Origin: Epiperipatus broadwayi
Lineage: Eukaryota > Animalia > Onychophora
DNA: 64,000 bases
NCBI GenBank assembly: GCA_028023455.1
Contig: JAQFVV010000008.1
Coordinates: forward strand, 1,116,001-1,180,000
Direction: 5' to 3'
Both the position numbers and the translations under genes were made by a program. Below the pieces are notes generated by a model. It was not told the DNA's origin. It worked only from the letters and a program-made list of their open reading frames with translations, and did not search any database. Shown piece after piece: positions 40,911-53,900 of the stretch. The stretch's first letter is position 1. Every line of letters begins with the position of its first letter.

Positions 40911-41520
40911 ATATATATATATTGTACCAATATTGAATATTGGCACATAATAATTTTATTTTAAAAAAATTATTAAAATAAAAATCTTTCGTAAAAGAAA
41001 ACGTATTTAAAAGTTTAAGAGTTTTATTACAGTTTGTTTTTGAGAAAAGTAAAAATCAAAGAGTTTGAAATAAAAGTTACAATTAATTAATTAAAAGGGG
41101 GGAGGGGGTGTTTTAGTTAGAAAAGTTAAACTAAAATTTTATAAAAGGAAGTAGAGTTTATTATCATTATCTTTTTGACATATATGTGTTCAAGTGTATC
41201 AGTGTTATGAGATGGAGTGGAAAGTGGTGGGTCATGTGAAAGTCTCTGCTCATATACCCTATATATATATATTGTACCAATATTGAATATTGGCACAATA
41301 ATTTTATTTTAAAAAAATTATTAAAATAAAAATCTTTCGTAAAAGAAAACGTATTTATAAGTTTAAGAGTTTTATTACAGTTTGTTTTCGAGAAAAGTAA
41401 AAGTCAAAGAGTTTGAAATAAAAGTTACAATTAATTAATTAAAAGGGGGGAGGGGGAGTTTTAGTTAGAAAAGTTAAACTAAAAGTTTTATAAAAGGAAG
41501 TAGAGTTTATTATCATTAGT
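40821..41520 (+). repeat. Recent 350-bp tandem duplication spanning an LTR insertion junction
   Basis: 40821-41170 and 41171-41520 are nearly identical; TGTACCAATATTG occurs at 40923 and 41273. Confidence 0.92.
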
Positions 41521-42920
41521 TGAAAGTTGATTTTCAAGTTTAAAAAATATAAATCTCTTTTCATTCGAATTAAAGAAAAAATAATCTTAAAACTAATTAT
41601 ATATGTGCGATTGTAAATAAAAATAAATGTATGCGTATTAAATATTAAGAAAATAAATGGAAGTTATCATTAAAAAACACAGTGATGGCTATTAATTAAA
41701 ATATAAAACAACAGGATTAAAAAGCTTGTCTCCACAGGATTAGCTACTAATTAAAAATATAAAACAACACATTTGCATGGCTATTACTAATTAAACAATA
41801 TTCAAAAACGAGATTATCAATGGAATTTTGACAACAGATATTGCCGGAGGATATTAAAAAGACAACACGTTGTAGGTATAAAGAGCCAATTTTTTTATCA
41901 GACATTCAGTAAGGACAATCATTCAGTGAGGACAATTGTTTCAGTTCAAATAACAGTTCAGTTTATTATGTATCCAAAAACAAAAATACAGTGCTGAGCA
42001 GCTTTTGGAAATATACGATCTTACTTCAGCCCTAGTCCAGTGAAACAGCAAAACCTGCCTGTGGAAATAATGTCTGTGTAACAGCTTGAAGAATCTCCAT
42101 CAATATCTAATTGTCTCCAATAATAATAAATGTGAATAATAATGAAACTCAAGGAAACGTCCCAGCCGGCTGGAAATATTCTCACATAAAGCAGTAACCA
42201 AAGAAATGAAGTTCTACATCCACATTCAAAATCGTAGGTAATAATATTTCATATTCTTATTTCTATAGTAACCATTGCATTATTTGCAAAGCCTCTAGAG
42301 GCAAGTAATTTGAACTCTATAAGCATGCATAAAATGAATTATTGATGTGCATGTTTGTGAATGCTATATGATTCTATAAACGTCAAATATTATTTATGCT
42401 TTTTCATAAGATATATTATAGTGTGTTAATTTAAAATGTGTGTGTGTTATATTAGATTTATAAAATGTTTAAAATTAATAAATGTCAATTAAAATAAAGG
42501 GTCTTTAAAACTTAAACTTTGTTGGTCAATTCTTTTTACCAATCTCTCTTACAATTCCTTTTACCAATCTTTTTACAAATCTTTTATCAATTCTTTTCAC
42601 CACTAATTATGTATAATCTGTTAGTGATTACAAGTAACTGAGCTAGTCTACGGGTATAACTTAGGCCTTGAGTTAGTAGCCATTGTTCAAAGTGCATTGT
42701 TTATTCTTGTGAATAAATAGCTGGCACCCATGTTTACACAAAACAAAAAAGTGCTTTGAACTTGGTGTTGAACTCAACAGTCGAGAAGAAGTTAGGTCCT
42801 GGAAATGTAACACTAGTTATATATTTTATAGCTTTCGTTTGGACATACATACTTTCTGAGTATGTTCTTCTCTGCCTAAGAGACCAGTGTTTCGAACGTC
42901 CCATATTCGAACCTGGTACA
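41273..42920 (+). mobile_element. Solo LTR (1.65 kb) inserted in a (TA)n tract
   Basis: Perfect 7-bp inverted termini TGTACCA...TGGTACA, ATAT on both flanks, non-coding interior with AATAAA near 42711. Confidence 0.75.
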
Positions 42921-43014
42921 ATATATATATATAATATAATATTAAAAATATATATTTTCAATAAACTATTTAGCTTTTAATAGGTAAAAAAAAAAATTGA
43001 ATTAATATCAAACT

Positions 43015-43640
43015 TCATCATCATTCTTTTCAACCATTACTGATCCACTATAAGATGAAGATTACTTTAAGTTTAATCTAGTTTCTTCAATCTCTAACCT
43101 TTCTTTTCCACATCTCACGAGTACACTTTCTTATTTCATCAATCCATTTACATGGTTTTTTTTTAGATCTTTTATATTCTTGTAATCCAGTTTAAGATTT
43201 CAATGGCCTATCTTATCTCTTCTAACAATATGTCCAGTCCATCTCCACTTTAATTTCTTCAATGATATTTTGTTCTAATACATATATTTCATTTTTGATT
43301 CCTTCTTATTTGTAACATACATCGCTCCCTACTTGGTTTATTACTTTGGAAGTTTCTGCATTGCTCTTTTGTTAAAGTATCCAAGTCTCAGATCATTAGT
43401 AAAAACTGATAAAACACATTTATTAAAAAATTTTCACAAATATAGACATTTTTTTAAAGTTATTTCTACAAAAAGCACTCCGTTTAAGTTTAATTCTATG
43501 ATTAATTTTATTCATTATGTTTTCATTTATATTAATAATCTGACTAACTTTTTCTGAATCATCATTATCAATAATTATTTTCTTTTTAATCTTTTTTGTT
43601 GCATTGTCCAATTCAACTAATATTATTGTTAACACTTTTC
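43015..43640 (-). mobile_element. RTE-like LINE 3' end
   Basis: RWTGHIVRRD-type C-terminal motif. The 3' end GTGGATCAGTAATGGTTGAAAAGAATGATGATG is shared with the copy ending at ~59350. Confidence 0.72.
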
Positions 43641-44221
43641 TTTGCTATTTTTTACAATGCTTCGAATCCCTTATATATTATATCAATTATAGTGATTTTG
43701 ATTGCCCCAGCAATCTTCTTCAGATCTATAATAAACATAAATACAAATACATGAATATTTATATAGAAACACATAATTTTCACATATATTTCATATTATA
43801 AATTCCTCTTTTGAATCTATATATATACACACATCTTACTTATATACTCCTTTATATATATACACACACAAATATTCTTAATCTCTTTAAACATTTTTAT
43901 ATTGTTTATATAATTGATTCTTTTTATAATCTTATATATAACATTCTTTATTTTATTTATTATTTTCATTAATATATTCACTTTTTTATTCTAATTTTAA
44001 CATACTTTATCCATATTTTCAGTTTTTTATATTTCCTATTTTATGAATATCAATACTTAATATTTATTCTTAATCTATATTTTCATATCTTTAATTTTTT
44101 TTTGTTTTTTAATTTTTTTAAATCTATTTTATAATTTATTTTTTATTAAATCTTACATTCACCTTTTTAATCCTAATCCAACTCAACTATTTGCCTGAAG
44201 ATGTGATGATAGTATATTAGA

Positions 44222-44792
44222 TGTGATAATATGTTGGACTATTTCCATCTTCTATCAGTAAATGATGAATATATAGGAAATTTTAAACTTTATTTAAATT
44301 TTTCAAATACAAACAACTTGTTAGTAATAACACACAAATAGGCAACACAGATTAATAATTACACAATGTTTTGAGTAGTAGTATTCTCCACTCTTCTTAA
44401 GGTGTTGCTAATTTGATCAGTCACAGTATTTACATAGGAATCGAATTTGCACCTTTAAATTTTTGAATATTGAATTTAAGGTAAATACTCTAACCAACAG
44501 CCTTTGGTATGATACCTCGGTTAGAGCATTTGCCTTAAATTCAATATTCGAGAATCTAAAGGTGCAAATTTGACTCCTATGCAAATACTGTCATTGGTCA
44601 GGCCAGCAACACTTGAATAAGAATGGAGAATAATATTACTCAAAAAACATTGTGTAATTCCTAACCTGTATTGGCTAATTGTGTGTTATTATTAACAAGT
44701 TGTCTGTATTTGAAAAGTTTAAAGAGTTTAAAATTTTTTAGACATTCAACATTTACTGATAGATGATGGAAATAGTTCAACATATTATCACA
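44222..44792. mobile_element. Family-1 head-to-head palindrome (copies D, minus, and C, plus), 23-nt spacer
   Basis: The arms 44222-44495 and 44519-44792 are reverse complements. Both start at GGTTAGAG inside the tRNA-like module, and each carries a decayed hammerhead motif. Confidence 0.82.
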
Positions 44793-44849
44793 ACTATTAA
44801 CTATGTAAAATTTTGAATTTTCCATTAATTTCTAGTAGCTTCCTCTTTT

Positions 44850-45260
44850 TATAAATTTAATTATTTTTATATCTTTATTTTAACTTTTTTTAAATATACT
44901 AATTTTTTATTTATGGCAAAATCTTTTTTAACCCCAAATCTCTAATACTGGCTTAATATTATTAATATGAATAGTCCCTTTTATTTTTCTGTCTCCTATT
45001 ATTTGTGAATTGTATCATTTTTATACAATCATTTTCAAATTTCTGTCCTGCTTCTAATGTATGTAAATATGTTGTTGAATTTCTCTCATATTTATGTTGT
45101 AATAGTTTTTTGTTTCACCAACATAATTTATTTTTATATCATTAATTCTGCATTGTTTACAATTAATTTCACATATTCCAAATTGCCTGATTCCTTTATT
45201 TATCCTCTCCCGCTTCCCATGATTTTCTTTTCAATATCTCTTATCTAACCCATGCTAATC
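44850..45260 (-). mobile_element. Possible Gypsy integrase C-terminal remnant
   Basis: The minus strand gives KKGTIHINNIKPVL, resembling the H(I/V)xxLKP tail of the GPY/F region; otherwise degraded. Confidence 0.3.
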
Positions 45261-46037
45261 AGTCTGTTTTTCAAAAGCATGTTGACTTCTTTTGACTAAG
45301 TCAAGAAAGTGACACTATCTTTTTATTTTAAATGAACTAATTAGAGTATTACTATACTGTAATTCGTAAACATTCAGCTCTAACAAAAAAAAATATTGGT
45401 AAATGTGTCATTCAAATTCTAATTGTACATTTTAAATATTGATTTTTCTCTTCTTCTCTCTCAGAGAACTTAAATTTACACATTTTATTTTTATAACTGC
45501 ACCAGTTTTTTAATCAAATCATTTTAAAATACAAGGGGAGTGGGTAACTTCAGGATGTATTAAACAACATATCTGTTTCAATATATATAATTATTACATC
45601 AATAGTTATTATTTTTTAAAAAATATACTTAATATTTGACTGCCCAATATGCAGCAAAACTTTGTTTCTAATGTGAAACATTTTAGATATCATTACTATA
45701 TATATATGCAAGCTAATAAATTCTCACAAATGGGTGTTTAATACTTCTGTTAACCTTTTGTATCAGACAGTATATATCTGCAATTCAACTATGAATTAAT
45801 AAATGGAATTGCAAGCAAGCAGTTTTCTTAAAAATTAATTTGTTAATCTACTATGTGAACTATTTACCATAATTGTACTTTAGTTCATTCAACTCAAATT
45901 TTTTAGTTTTTACACTATTGATACAATCTACCTATATTTTTTACTATTTGAATCATTAAGAAATTAAATACTTTTTTGATTCTACATTATTACATACTAA
46001 ATCTCCAAAAACCATTCATACTGATTCACATTAAGTA

Positions 46038-48665
46038 CACCTGGGTCTCATTTTATGTGGTAGATAGGTTGCTCAAAAAACGTGCACAAAAGAAATCGCA
46101 CAAAAATAGACTTAACTTACCTTGAAAAATGGGGGATATGTACTGTAATTTTCCAAAAATCGCATAAAAGCAAAACAACATAAAATTACTTTAAAATTCG
46201 CATAAGAAAAAGGTAGTCATCGAAAAGCCACCATATCCCATTAGATGGCGCCATTTTTGCGCTAAAACACATAAAAATGCCATTTCCACGGGCGTCACAT
46301 TCAAATCCGCATTTTCTATAATACAACTTTTTTATTATGCTACAGATTGCAGACCGCTATGTCGCCGTTGCAGTACAGCATGTATGTCGCATTGCAGCAA
46401 ATACATTTTCCGAATTCACAGAGTTTATAAAATGGTTACGGCTTGGTAAGAGGGTGTGTTTTTTTGAATTGGATGGAAATGTTGTTTTCATTGGATTTGT
46501 TTTTATTTTAAAGTATTGAAATGTTCAGATTTTGTAAAGTAATAATTAACAGACTTTTTACACCATAGTATATTGAAGTTTTAAGTGTTAAATGTTGACG
46601 AGATATATGTATAAAGTGAGTTGGAATTAGGTAACGTGTCAAGTAACGTAGTAACATTCCACGAGACCAAGAAGATTGTACCGTGTATATTTTTGAAATA
46701 AAAAAGAGCGTTAACACAAAAATATCCAGTAGGAAAAGTACAATTGCACACTGTTTTTTTAAATGTCATAAAAAGCACATATTATAAACACGTTTAATAA
46801 GTAAAGAAGACATTATATATATATATATTTGTTGTTGTTTAAAAAAGTTTTAGTTTCTTTTCTCCGACTACTGTTATACTTTGTTGAATATAGTTTAAGT
46901 TTATTGTTATCATTTATTTTATAGATGTTATTAAAAAAAATATTTACAAAAATACGATTTTGATATTTTTTATTTTAGCATTACAAACAACAGAACACTA
47001 ACCCTAAACCTAACCGAAAGCAACTTTTACTTTTAGTTGTCATTCTATTTGAAATAAAAAATAGCGGTAATATCTTTTTGTCTGTAAAAAAAAAAAAAAA
47101 AAAAGTAAAACAAAGATTAAAAAATAGCAATAACACAAATATCTGTTTCTCTGTAGAAATAAAATATAAAAGAAACACTAAGAATTTTTACTTTTTATTC
47201 CGATTATGAGTTTTTAAACAACAAAAAAAGCCGTTACCCCAGTAAAAAAATCTCCGATAAAAAATTGATTTTTCTAATAAAAAGTAAACTAAAAAAAATG
47301 AATCAAATTGTAATTTGTTTATTTTATTTTACATTTATTATTATCATTTAATTTGTATACGTTAATAAAAAATAATATTTAAAATTAAATAATATTTAAA
47401 AAAGACGATTTTCTTTTGTTTTTATTTTCGCATTACAAAAAACACATCGAAATGATTATAATAAACGGCCCGGGAATGATCATATTTTATAGTTTAAGCA
47501 TGAAAACTGCGCCATCGAGTGGGATATAGTGGCTATTTGATGACAACCAAAAAGAAAATAAAATATGACTAATAAAAAATTTCAAATCTGAAAAAAATTG
47601 ACACAAGACAAACTTTTTTTATTAACTACAGTATTTAATTTTATTCAAAACAATATATTTTTATGCATAATTTACATTTTTTTCATACATGTGCGGTATT
47701 TTATTAATTATTCCTATTTGAGACATCAGATTCATCATGATGTGATATGATATGAGGTACTGTAGCTTCTTCTTAAACAAAGTCAAGAGGAAATACAACT
47801 AAAATGTTTTCCAATCGCTGTTGATCCTTCTCATTTTGCTAAGCGATCTAAAATTGAAATTTTTGTTTATAAAGAAATTCATTTTCTTGGGTGTTTTTTC
47901 TCTTTGTTAGAATAAACTAAAAGTTTAAAATAAAAATAAGAACTTAGACTTACGATAATAAAAAGACGACTCACCACTGTTGGAAAAAATGTAATTAAAA
48001 TTAACAATTAAAAATTAAATTCTTATTTTTATCTTTGATTTTCAATTCCGTTTAAAAATCAAATTTCATCGTTTCACATAACTATAATGTTACATAATTG
48101 TTAAATTGTTAATTACAATTAAAAATCAGATTTTAATTGTCAAATTTAATTGTGCCCACCACTGTTACTCACCTTTTAAAAATAAACTTGCGGACACTAA
48201 ATGATTAATTGATTATGTACTCTTTTTATAAAAAGCAAAACTAGAACGTGATTTAAAATACAAAAACAACATACATAGTATTTTTCATCTATAACGTCTG
48301 AACAGATTTATGTTATAATCTTGTAAAATTTAATGTGTGTATATAAAATGGGGAGATTCTGATTTTAAGTGAATTATGAACTTCTTTATTGCATAAAATC
48401 TATTACAGTACTATTATAAAGTGCTGAAAATAGTGAAATTATTAGATGGAAGTTGAACTCCGATAATGCGCTATTTCTTTAAATATGACGTGAGTGCGTG
48501 AAATTTATAATATTTAAAGTAATAGCGCATTATCGGAGCTTGACTTCAGATCTAATAATTTTTATTGCATAAAAGAAAACTGCATACAAAAATATTAAGA
48601 AGAAACATGAATCACATAACTTCAAAATCGCATTAAATAAATCCGCATAAAACGAGACCCGGGTG
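46038..48665. mobile_element. Non-autonomous Tc1/mariner (pogo/Tigger-like) TIR element, copy 1, with a nested insertion
   Basis: TA-CACCTGGGTCTCATTTTATGTGG...CCGCATAAAACGAGACCCGGGTG-TA; TA target duplication. Confidence 0.8.
46212..47548. mobile_element. Nested 1.34-kb non-autonomous TIR element (GG...CC termini)
   Basis: GGTAGTCATCGAAAAGCCACCATATCCCATTAGATGGCGC vs the right end reverse-complemented, GGTTGTCATCAAATAGCCACTATATCCCACTCGATGGCGC. The site is empty in copy 2 (A-run near 49005-49030). Confidence 0.8.
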
Positions 48666-48841
48666 TATATATTTTCTACCATCTTGTCAATTTTTTTTTC
48701 ACTTCAGACGCTCGGTATCTTTCTATGTGGAATGAAAAATTATTAAATTTTCATTTTTATTTCTTTAAATTAGTGTCAAAATTTATTAAATATGACCCCC
48801 ACTACCATTAATAATGTTGTTTTCTTTATAAAATTATAATA

Positions 48842-50036
48842 CACCTGGGTCTCGTTTTACATGATAGGTTCCTCAAAAAACACATGCAAACGAAATCGCG
48901 CAAAAATAGACGTAACTTACATTGAAAAAGGAGGGATGCGGTCTGTGATTTTTCAAAATTCATGTAAAAGCAAAGCACCAACGTAAAATTACTTTAAAAT
49001 TCGCGTAAAAAAAAAAAAAATAAGGAAATAAAATATGACTAATAAAAAATTTCAAACTTGAAAAAAATTGATACAAGACAAACTTTTTTTAATTATAATA
49101 TTTAATTTTCTTCAAAATAATATATTTTTGTGCATAATTTACAGTACAGTAATTTATATTTTTTTATACACGTTTTAATTATTATCGCTATTTGCCCCAA
49201 AACACGTTCGTTTGCAAACTAGTAAAAAATCAGATTCTCATGTGATGTAATGTATTTGGCGTCTCCTTAAACGAAGTCAAGAATATCTCAGTAATTATTC
49301 TCACAAGAGGAAATACAACTAGCACCAAGTTCTCTCTCATGTTGTGTTAATAGTTTTCTGTTGACGACGACGATTTTATTAATTGTTTATGAACTTAGAC
49401 TTATGATAATAAAAAGACATTTATTCACCACTGCTGGGAAAAATTTAATTAAAACTAACAACTAAAAATTAAATTCTTATTTTTGTCTTTAATTTTCAAT
49501 TCCATTTAAAAATCAAATTTCGTTTTACATCACATTAATTTCAAGTCGCCCATAAATAATTTTTGAATTGTTAATTACAATTAAAAATCAGATTTTAATT
49601 TTTAATTGTGCCCACTGCTATTACTGACCTTTAAAAATAAACTTGTGGACACTAAATGATTAATAATTGATTACGTTCTTTTTTAAAAAGCAAAAACAGA
49701 ATGTGATTTAAAATGCAAAATTAACATGCACAATGTTTGAACAAATTTACATTATAATCTTGTAAAATTTAATGTGTGCATACATAAAATGTGGAAATCA
49801 TGATTTTAATTTCATTATTGGATAAAATCTTACTATTATAAAGCACTGAAAATATTGAAATTACTAAGATGAAAGTAGAATTCCAATAATGTGCTATTAC
49901 TTTCAATATAACGTAAGTGCGCGAAATTTATTATTTAAAGTAATACTGCATTATCGGATGTCGACTTCCTGTGAAACACGAATCGCATAACTTCAAAATC
50001 GTGTTAAATAAGTCCGCATAAAAAGAGACCCAGGTG
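48842..50036. mobile_element. Non-autonomous pogo/Tigger-like element, copy 2 (1.2 kb, no nested insert)
   Basis: TA-CACCTGGGTCTCGTTTT...AAAAGAGACCCAGGTG-TA; collinear with copy 1. Confidence 0.85.
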
Positions 50037-52909
50037 TATAAACTTTAAACAAAAATGTATAAGATTTACATATATTGTATTAAATTTGAAGTACAATTAT
50101 AAAACTGAACACAATTTATTTTCATAAACTTCCAATAAACAGCATTTAGATTTTCATTAATACCTCTTTGATAAATATTATTTGTTACTATAAACTGAAT
50201 GAGGGATCTTTGAAGCTATTATTTGATGCAGTAATGATAAACTGTTACAATGAGTAGGAAGTGAAATCAAACTTTTTTCTCAGCGAATCAAATTCCTGAC
50301 ACAATTGTATATTTTAAATTAACAGTAATAATATTTTAAGAACTATTATCTATGAAGTGAAATTATTTAGTAATCCATCATTGTTTATATTTTATATAAA
50401 TTTGCAGAATTATAATAATTAAATATCTTGTAAACAATAATGTAAACAAGGTCAATGCAGAATAATATAAAATGAAAATTTTAATGAGATATTCAGCAAA
50501 TGTGTTAAAAATTAATTTCAAAAATACATTTGAATGACTTATATGTTATCTTGCCTAATGTAAATTATTCTTTTATTACTATGACTGACTGATGCTATTT
50601 TAAATGTAAATATTTTTACACAAATTAGTAAAAAGTGTTTCATTTTTACTTTAAAATAGCATTTTAAAAATTCAATAATTGAAAGTTAATATGCTAATTT
50701 ACACATACATATATACTGAGAATTATTAATAGATTATGAAAAAAATTTTCATAAATTATTAGCTCACTTATCACACAATAATGAAATTGCAATTATTTAC
50801 AATTGAGAGCTGCAAGATTGACATATGAACGGATGATACTAAATAAATCATGTAAACTAATAAACAAACCAGCACAAATTAAAAAAGACCAATTTCTTTT
50901 ATTAATTCCATTATGAAATATTTTGGTTTATCTGGACATACGTATTATTAAATATATATATGTCAGCAAATAGAAAATTAGCTGTAGAATATTTTATTTC
51001 TCTGCAAGCTACACCTTAAAACAAACAACAAAAAATAGTTTTAATAAATCATATTTTCACCTAAATTTTTTAAGAAACGTCTAATGAACTATAATCTTCC
51101 AAAATGAATAAAATATTTCTGCCAGAATAATATAAGAATTAATGTCTTTGTTATGCTTTATACTCAAATTAATGTGATAGAATCATTATTTTTTGTATTC
51201 AAACAATATAAATATAAAAAATCACTAATATATATTTGTAATAATGAAACTGGATATATACTTGAAAATTAAAACATGATTTATAACACAAATAATAAAA
51301 AGATAAGAAAAGTAAAAAGTACCACTTATTAAATTAATCCCAAATTCAATAAAAATGAAGTTGAAAATTAATAATAAATAAACTAATCCAAGAATCTAGG
51401 AAATGGAAAGTCCTTTTATAATAACATCTACCAGAAAAAGTACACTATAGAAGCCGATTTGTAACCTCTGTACAAAAAAAGTACTTAAAGAGACAAAAAG
51501 AGTTAAAATACAAAAAGACATTTGACAGATTTACCTTCTCTATAATCAATAAGTAAAAAAAACAAAAACAAAAACTTATAATAATGGTTTTAAAATTAAA
51601 ATTATTTTATTTACAGGTATAATTGTTATTAAAAAACTGATACAGCATATTCTAAAAAATATAGAATATATAGGAATATTATTATATAATAAATTAAAAA
51701 TAGTTTCATGACGTATAAATATGTTTTTATATATTATTATTGTTTAATGATAAAGGGTACAGTAGTAATCCATTCTAAGCTAAAGATATTTATATAAAAA
51801 AGTAAAAGTTATCAATAAAAATAATCAAATGATTTATAGCTTCTAATGTTAAAATATAAAAATGCCAAAGTCACAAGCGGAGCTTCAAGGATGGCAGCTT
51901 TAGCTCCAAAGTCCAACACACTACCACTATTTTACAGTCATCTTAAGATAATACCAAACTTATTTCTATATTAGTTTCTGATTATTGGATTTCTAGTAAA
52001 AAGGACAGGTATTATGGCCATTTAGCAATTATATTAGATTGAATTTTCAAACAATATTAAGTTTTAAATCTAAGAAGAATTATTTATGGAGATTTAATTC
52101 TGAACCATTACCTCTATAATAGTCTAACTAAAGATTAATAGTCTAACTAAAGATTTCATTAACCATTTGTCAAACTGATTAAATGTAAATTAAAGGATTC
52201 ATTATGCTGTATATATTATTATTTTGGAAAAATATCAAATTTACTGCAGTTAATTCATAAATGAAGTTTCTAAAGTTATAGTTATTGACCTAATATTAAG
52301 CCTATTGTACAGTTCGACAATCAGGTGTTTGAATTCAAAACCGGAAGGGTGAAAATTCAAGTATAACATAAGTAAAAGTAGATGCTGGATAACGATGTTG
52401 CAAAAAAAGACTAATAGTCAGAAATTAATATGAAGATAAATTTGATAGGCTAGTTTCTCATATCCATTGATTATTCAAACTTATAGATAATCTAAGACCA
52501 AGTGATGTGAATTAAATGCAGATTAAAAATAAGAGAATTACTGCGTTACTTTGTTTTGATATATAAATGGTAAATATTATAACATTGCTATGTTTAAATA
52601 ATTTTATTGAAAAACTATTTGAAATCAATATTATAAAATACATAGACATACTTAGTAAAAAATATGAATCCAATATTTTAGCAGATATAGATTTTAACAG
52701 TATTATTTTAGTTAGTATTTATATACAAACAACTTTAGCTTTGATTAATCAAGACATATTTCATTTTCTATTTTACAACAAATATCATACAACTAAATTC
52801 ATTTCAAATGTTTGATAAAACAGCTGCTATCATTCTTTTTAATTAAGCCAAATATTTCCTTTTGTTTATTACTTTTTAAAAAAAACCTTACAAAAAAAAA
52901 AAAGATAGT

Positions 52910-53052
52910 TTAATCTTCTTTGAAAACTGGTCTTATTCGTGTATCTTCTGTGAAGGCTTCATATACAAAAGCTGCTAAAACAAGATGAACTGCTAATACT
53001 GCAACAACTGTGGCATAAATGTAACTTTGAGTTGAAGTCATCATAAAAATAC
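52910..53052 (-). CDS. VMA21: VMA21 exon 3 (last coding exon)
   Basis: Acceptor ttttatag, then (G)GT IFMMTSTQSYIYATVVAVLAVHLVLAAFVYEAFTEDTRIRPVFKED*. Matches the VMA21 second transmembrane segment (YAAIVAVVAVHVVLALFVY) with Lys at -3. Confidence 0.93.
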
Positions 53053-53137
53053 CTATAAAAATACACCAAAATGTACAAATCGCAATAAGTATTAAATGAT
53101 CTAAAAAAAAAAATCCCAATATATTTTCTAAAATTAC

Positions 53138-53244
53138 CTTCAAATACCATTGACTTTGTGAGAAAATATAATGTTAGTGGTGAAGTAATCATAAGGAATG
53201 TATATAATAATAGCTTTTTCAATACTGATCCTGTTGGCTCATCT
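53138..53244 (-). CDS. VMA21: VMA21 exon 2
   Basis: tttcag acceptor and GTAATT donor. Encodes DEPTGSVLKKLLLYTFLMITSPLTLYFLTKSMVFE(G), like VMA21 LKTLLFFTALMITVPIGLYFTTKSYIFEG. 107 nt, phases 2/1. Confidence 0.92.
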
Positions 53245-53447
53245 CTGAAATAATAAAATATTAAGGGAGTAAAATTAATAGAAAAAATAAATATACATAC
53301 ATATATTTACAGTTTTCTAGAAACAATGCATTGACTTTGATAATTGACACTGTGGTCATTCAAAAGAAGACTATCACACATAGTCACTCTTAACAAATTA
53401 TAGTATAGCATATATAAATAAAATTTAAATATACACCTAGATCTCAC

Positions 53448-53467
53448 TTAGCAATAGCGATCATCAT
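53448..53467 (-). CDS. VMA21: VMA21 probable coding exon 1 (MMIAIA + AA)
   Basis: First in-frame ATG after an upstream stop, followed by a strong phase-2 donor AA|GTGAGA that restores the frame with exon 2. Confidence 0.6.
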
Positions 53468-53786
53468 CAATTTGTGCCCACTACTTTGATTTACAATCGA
53501 TTATTCATTATAACGATCGTGAAAATTTGTTTTTTTTTTTAATTTTTGGCACATCTTGAATTTTGCATCACTGATAATGTCAGAGAATATGTATTTTAAA
53601 GTCATTTTACCCAAAAAACAATTGACTTATAGCAAATATAAAATAAAAGAAAAATAAACTTAGCATATGTTTTAGAAAATTAGTACAGTTAGATTTTTTT
53701 TTCTTTTAAAATAAGTTGAATTTTTTTTTCTAAAGTTGAGATACGCACACGCGTTTTGTTACTCATGTGTACAATAATAAGTCTTT

Positions 53787-53900
53787 GTTTTTGTTTTTTT
53801 TTTAAGTGTCATAGCATCGGCCGGGCCGCGAACCCGCAACCCGGACAACTGCCTGCAAGTGCAAGGCAGTCGCGCTGACCTCTCACCACCAATGCAAGAC
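53787..53900 (-). mobile_element. Retroposed tRNA-Gly(TCC)-derived short SINE or pseudogene (tRNA body 53814-53895)
   Basis: GCATTGG/CCGATGC acceptor stem, ACTGC/GCAGT anticodon stem and CCGGG/CCCGG T stem align with tRNA-Gly(TCC). A-rich tail; 10-bp TSD ATAAGTCTTT at 53777-53786 and 53901-53910. Confidence 0.8.

Noticed and set aside
52910-53222. Unspliced ORFs 52910-53143 and 52959-53222 as separate proteins
   Set aside because: They are read-throughs of VMA21 exons 3 and 2 into the 85-bp intron and other frames.
53311-53359. Alternative VMA21 first exon (MTTVSIIKVNALFLEN, GTAAAT donor)
   Set aside because: It ends in phase 1; joining it to the CAG acceptor at 53244 creates an immediate TAG. 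It would need a weak GAG acceptor.
53814-53895. Functional tRNA gene
   Set aside because: Insertions in the anticodon and T arms, non-canonical T loop, and an A-rich tail with TSD instead of a T-run terminator.
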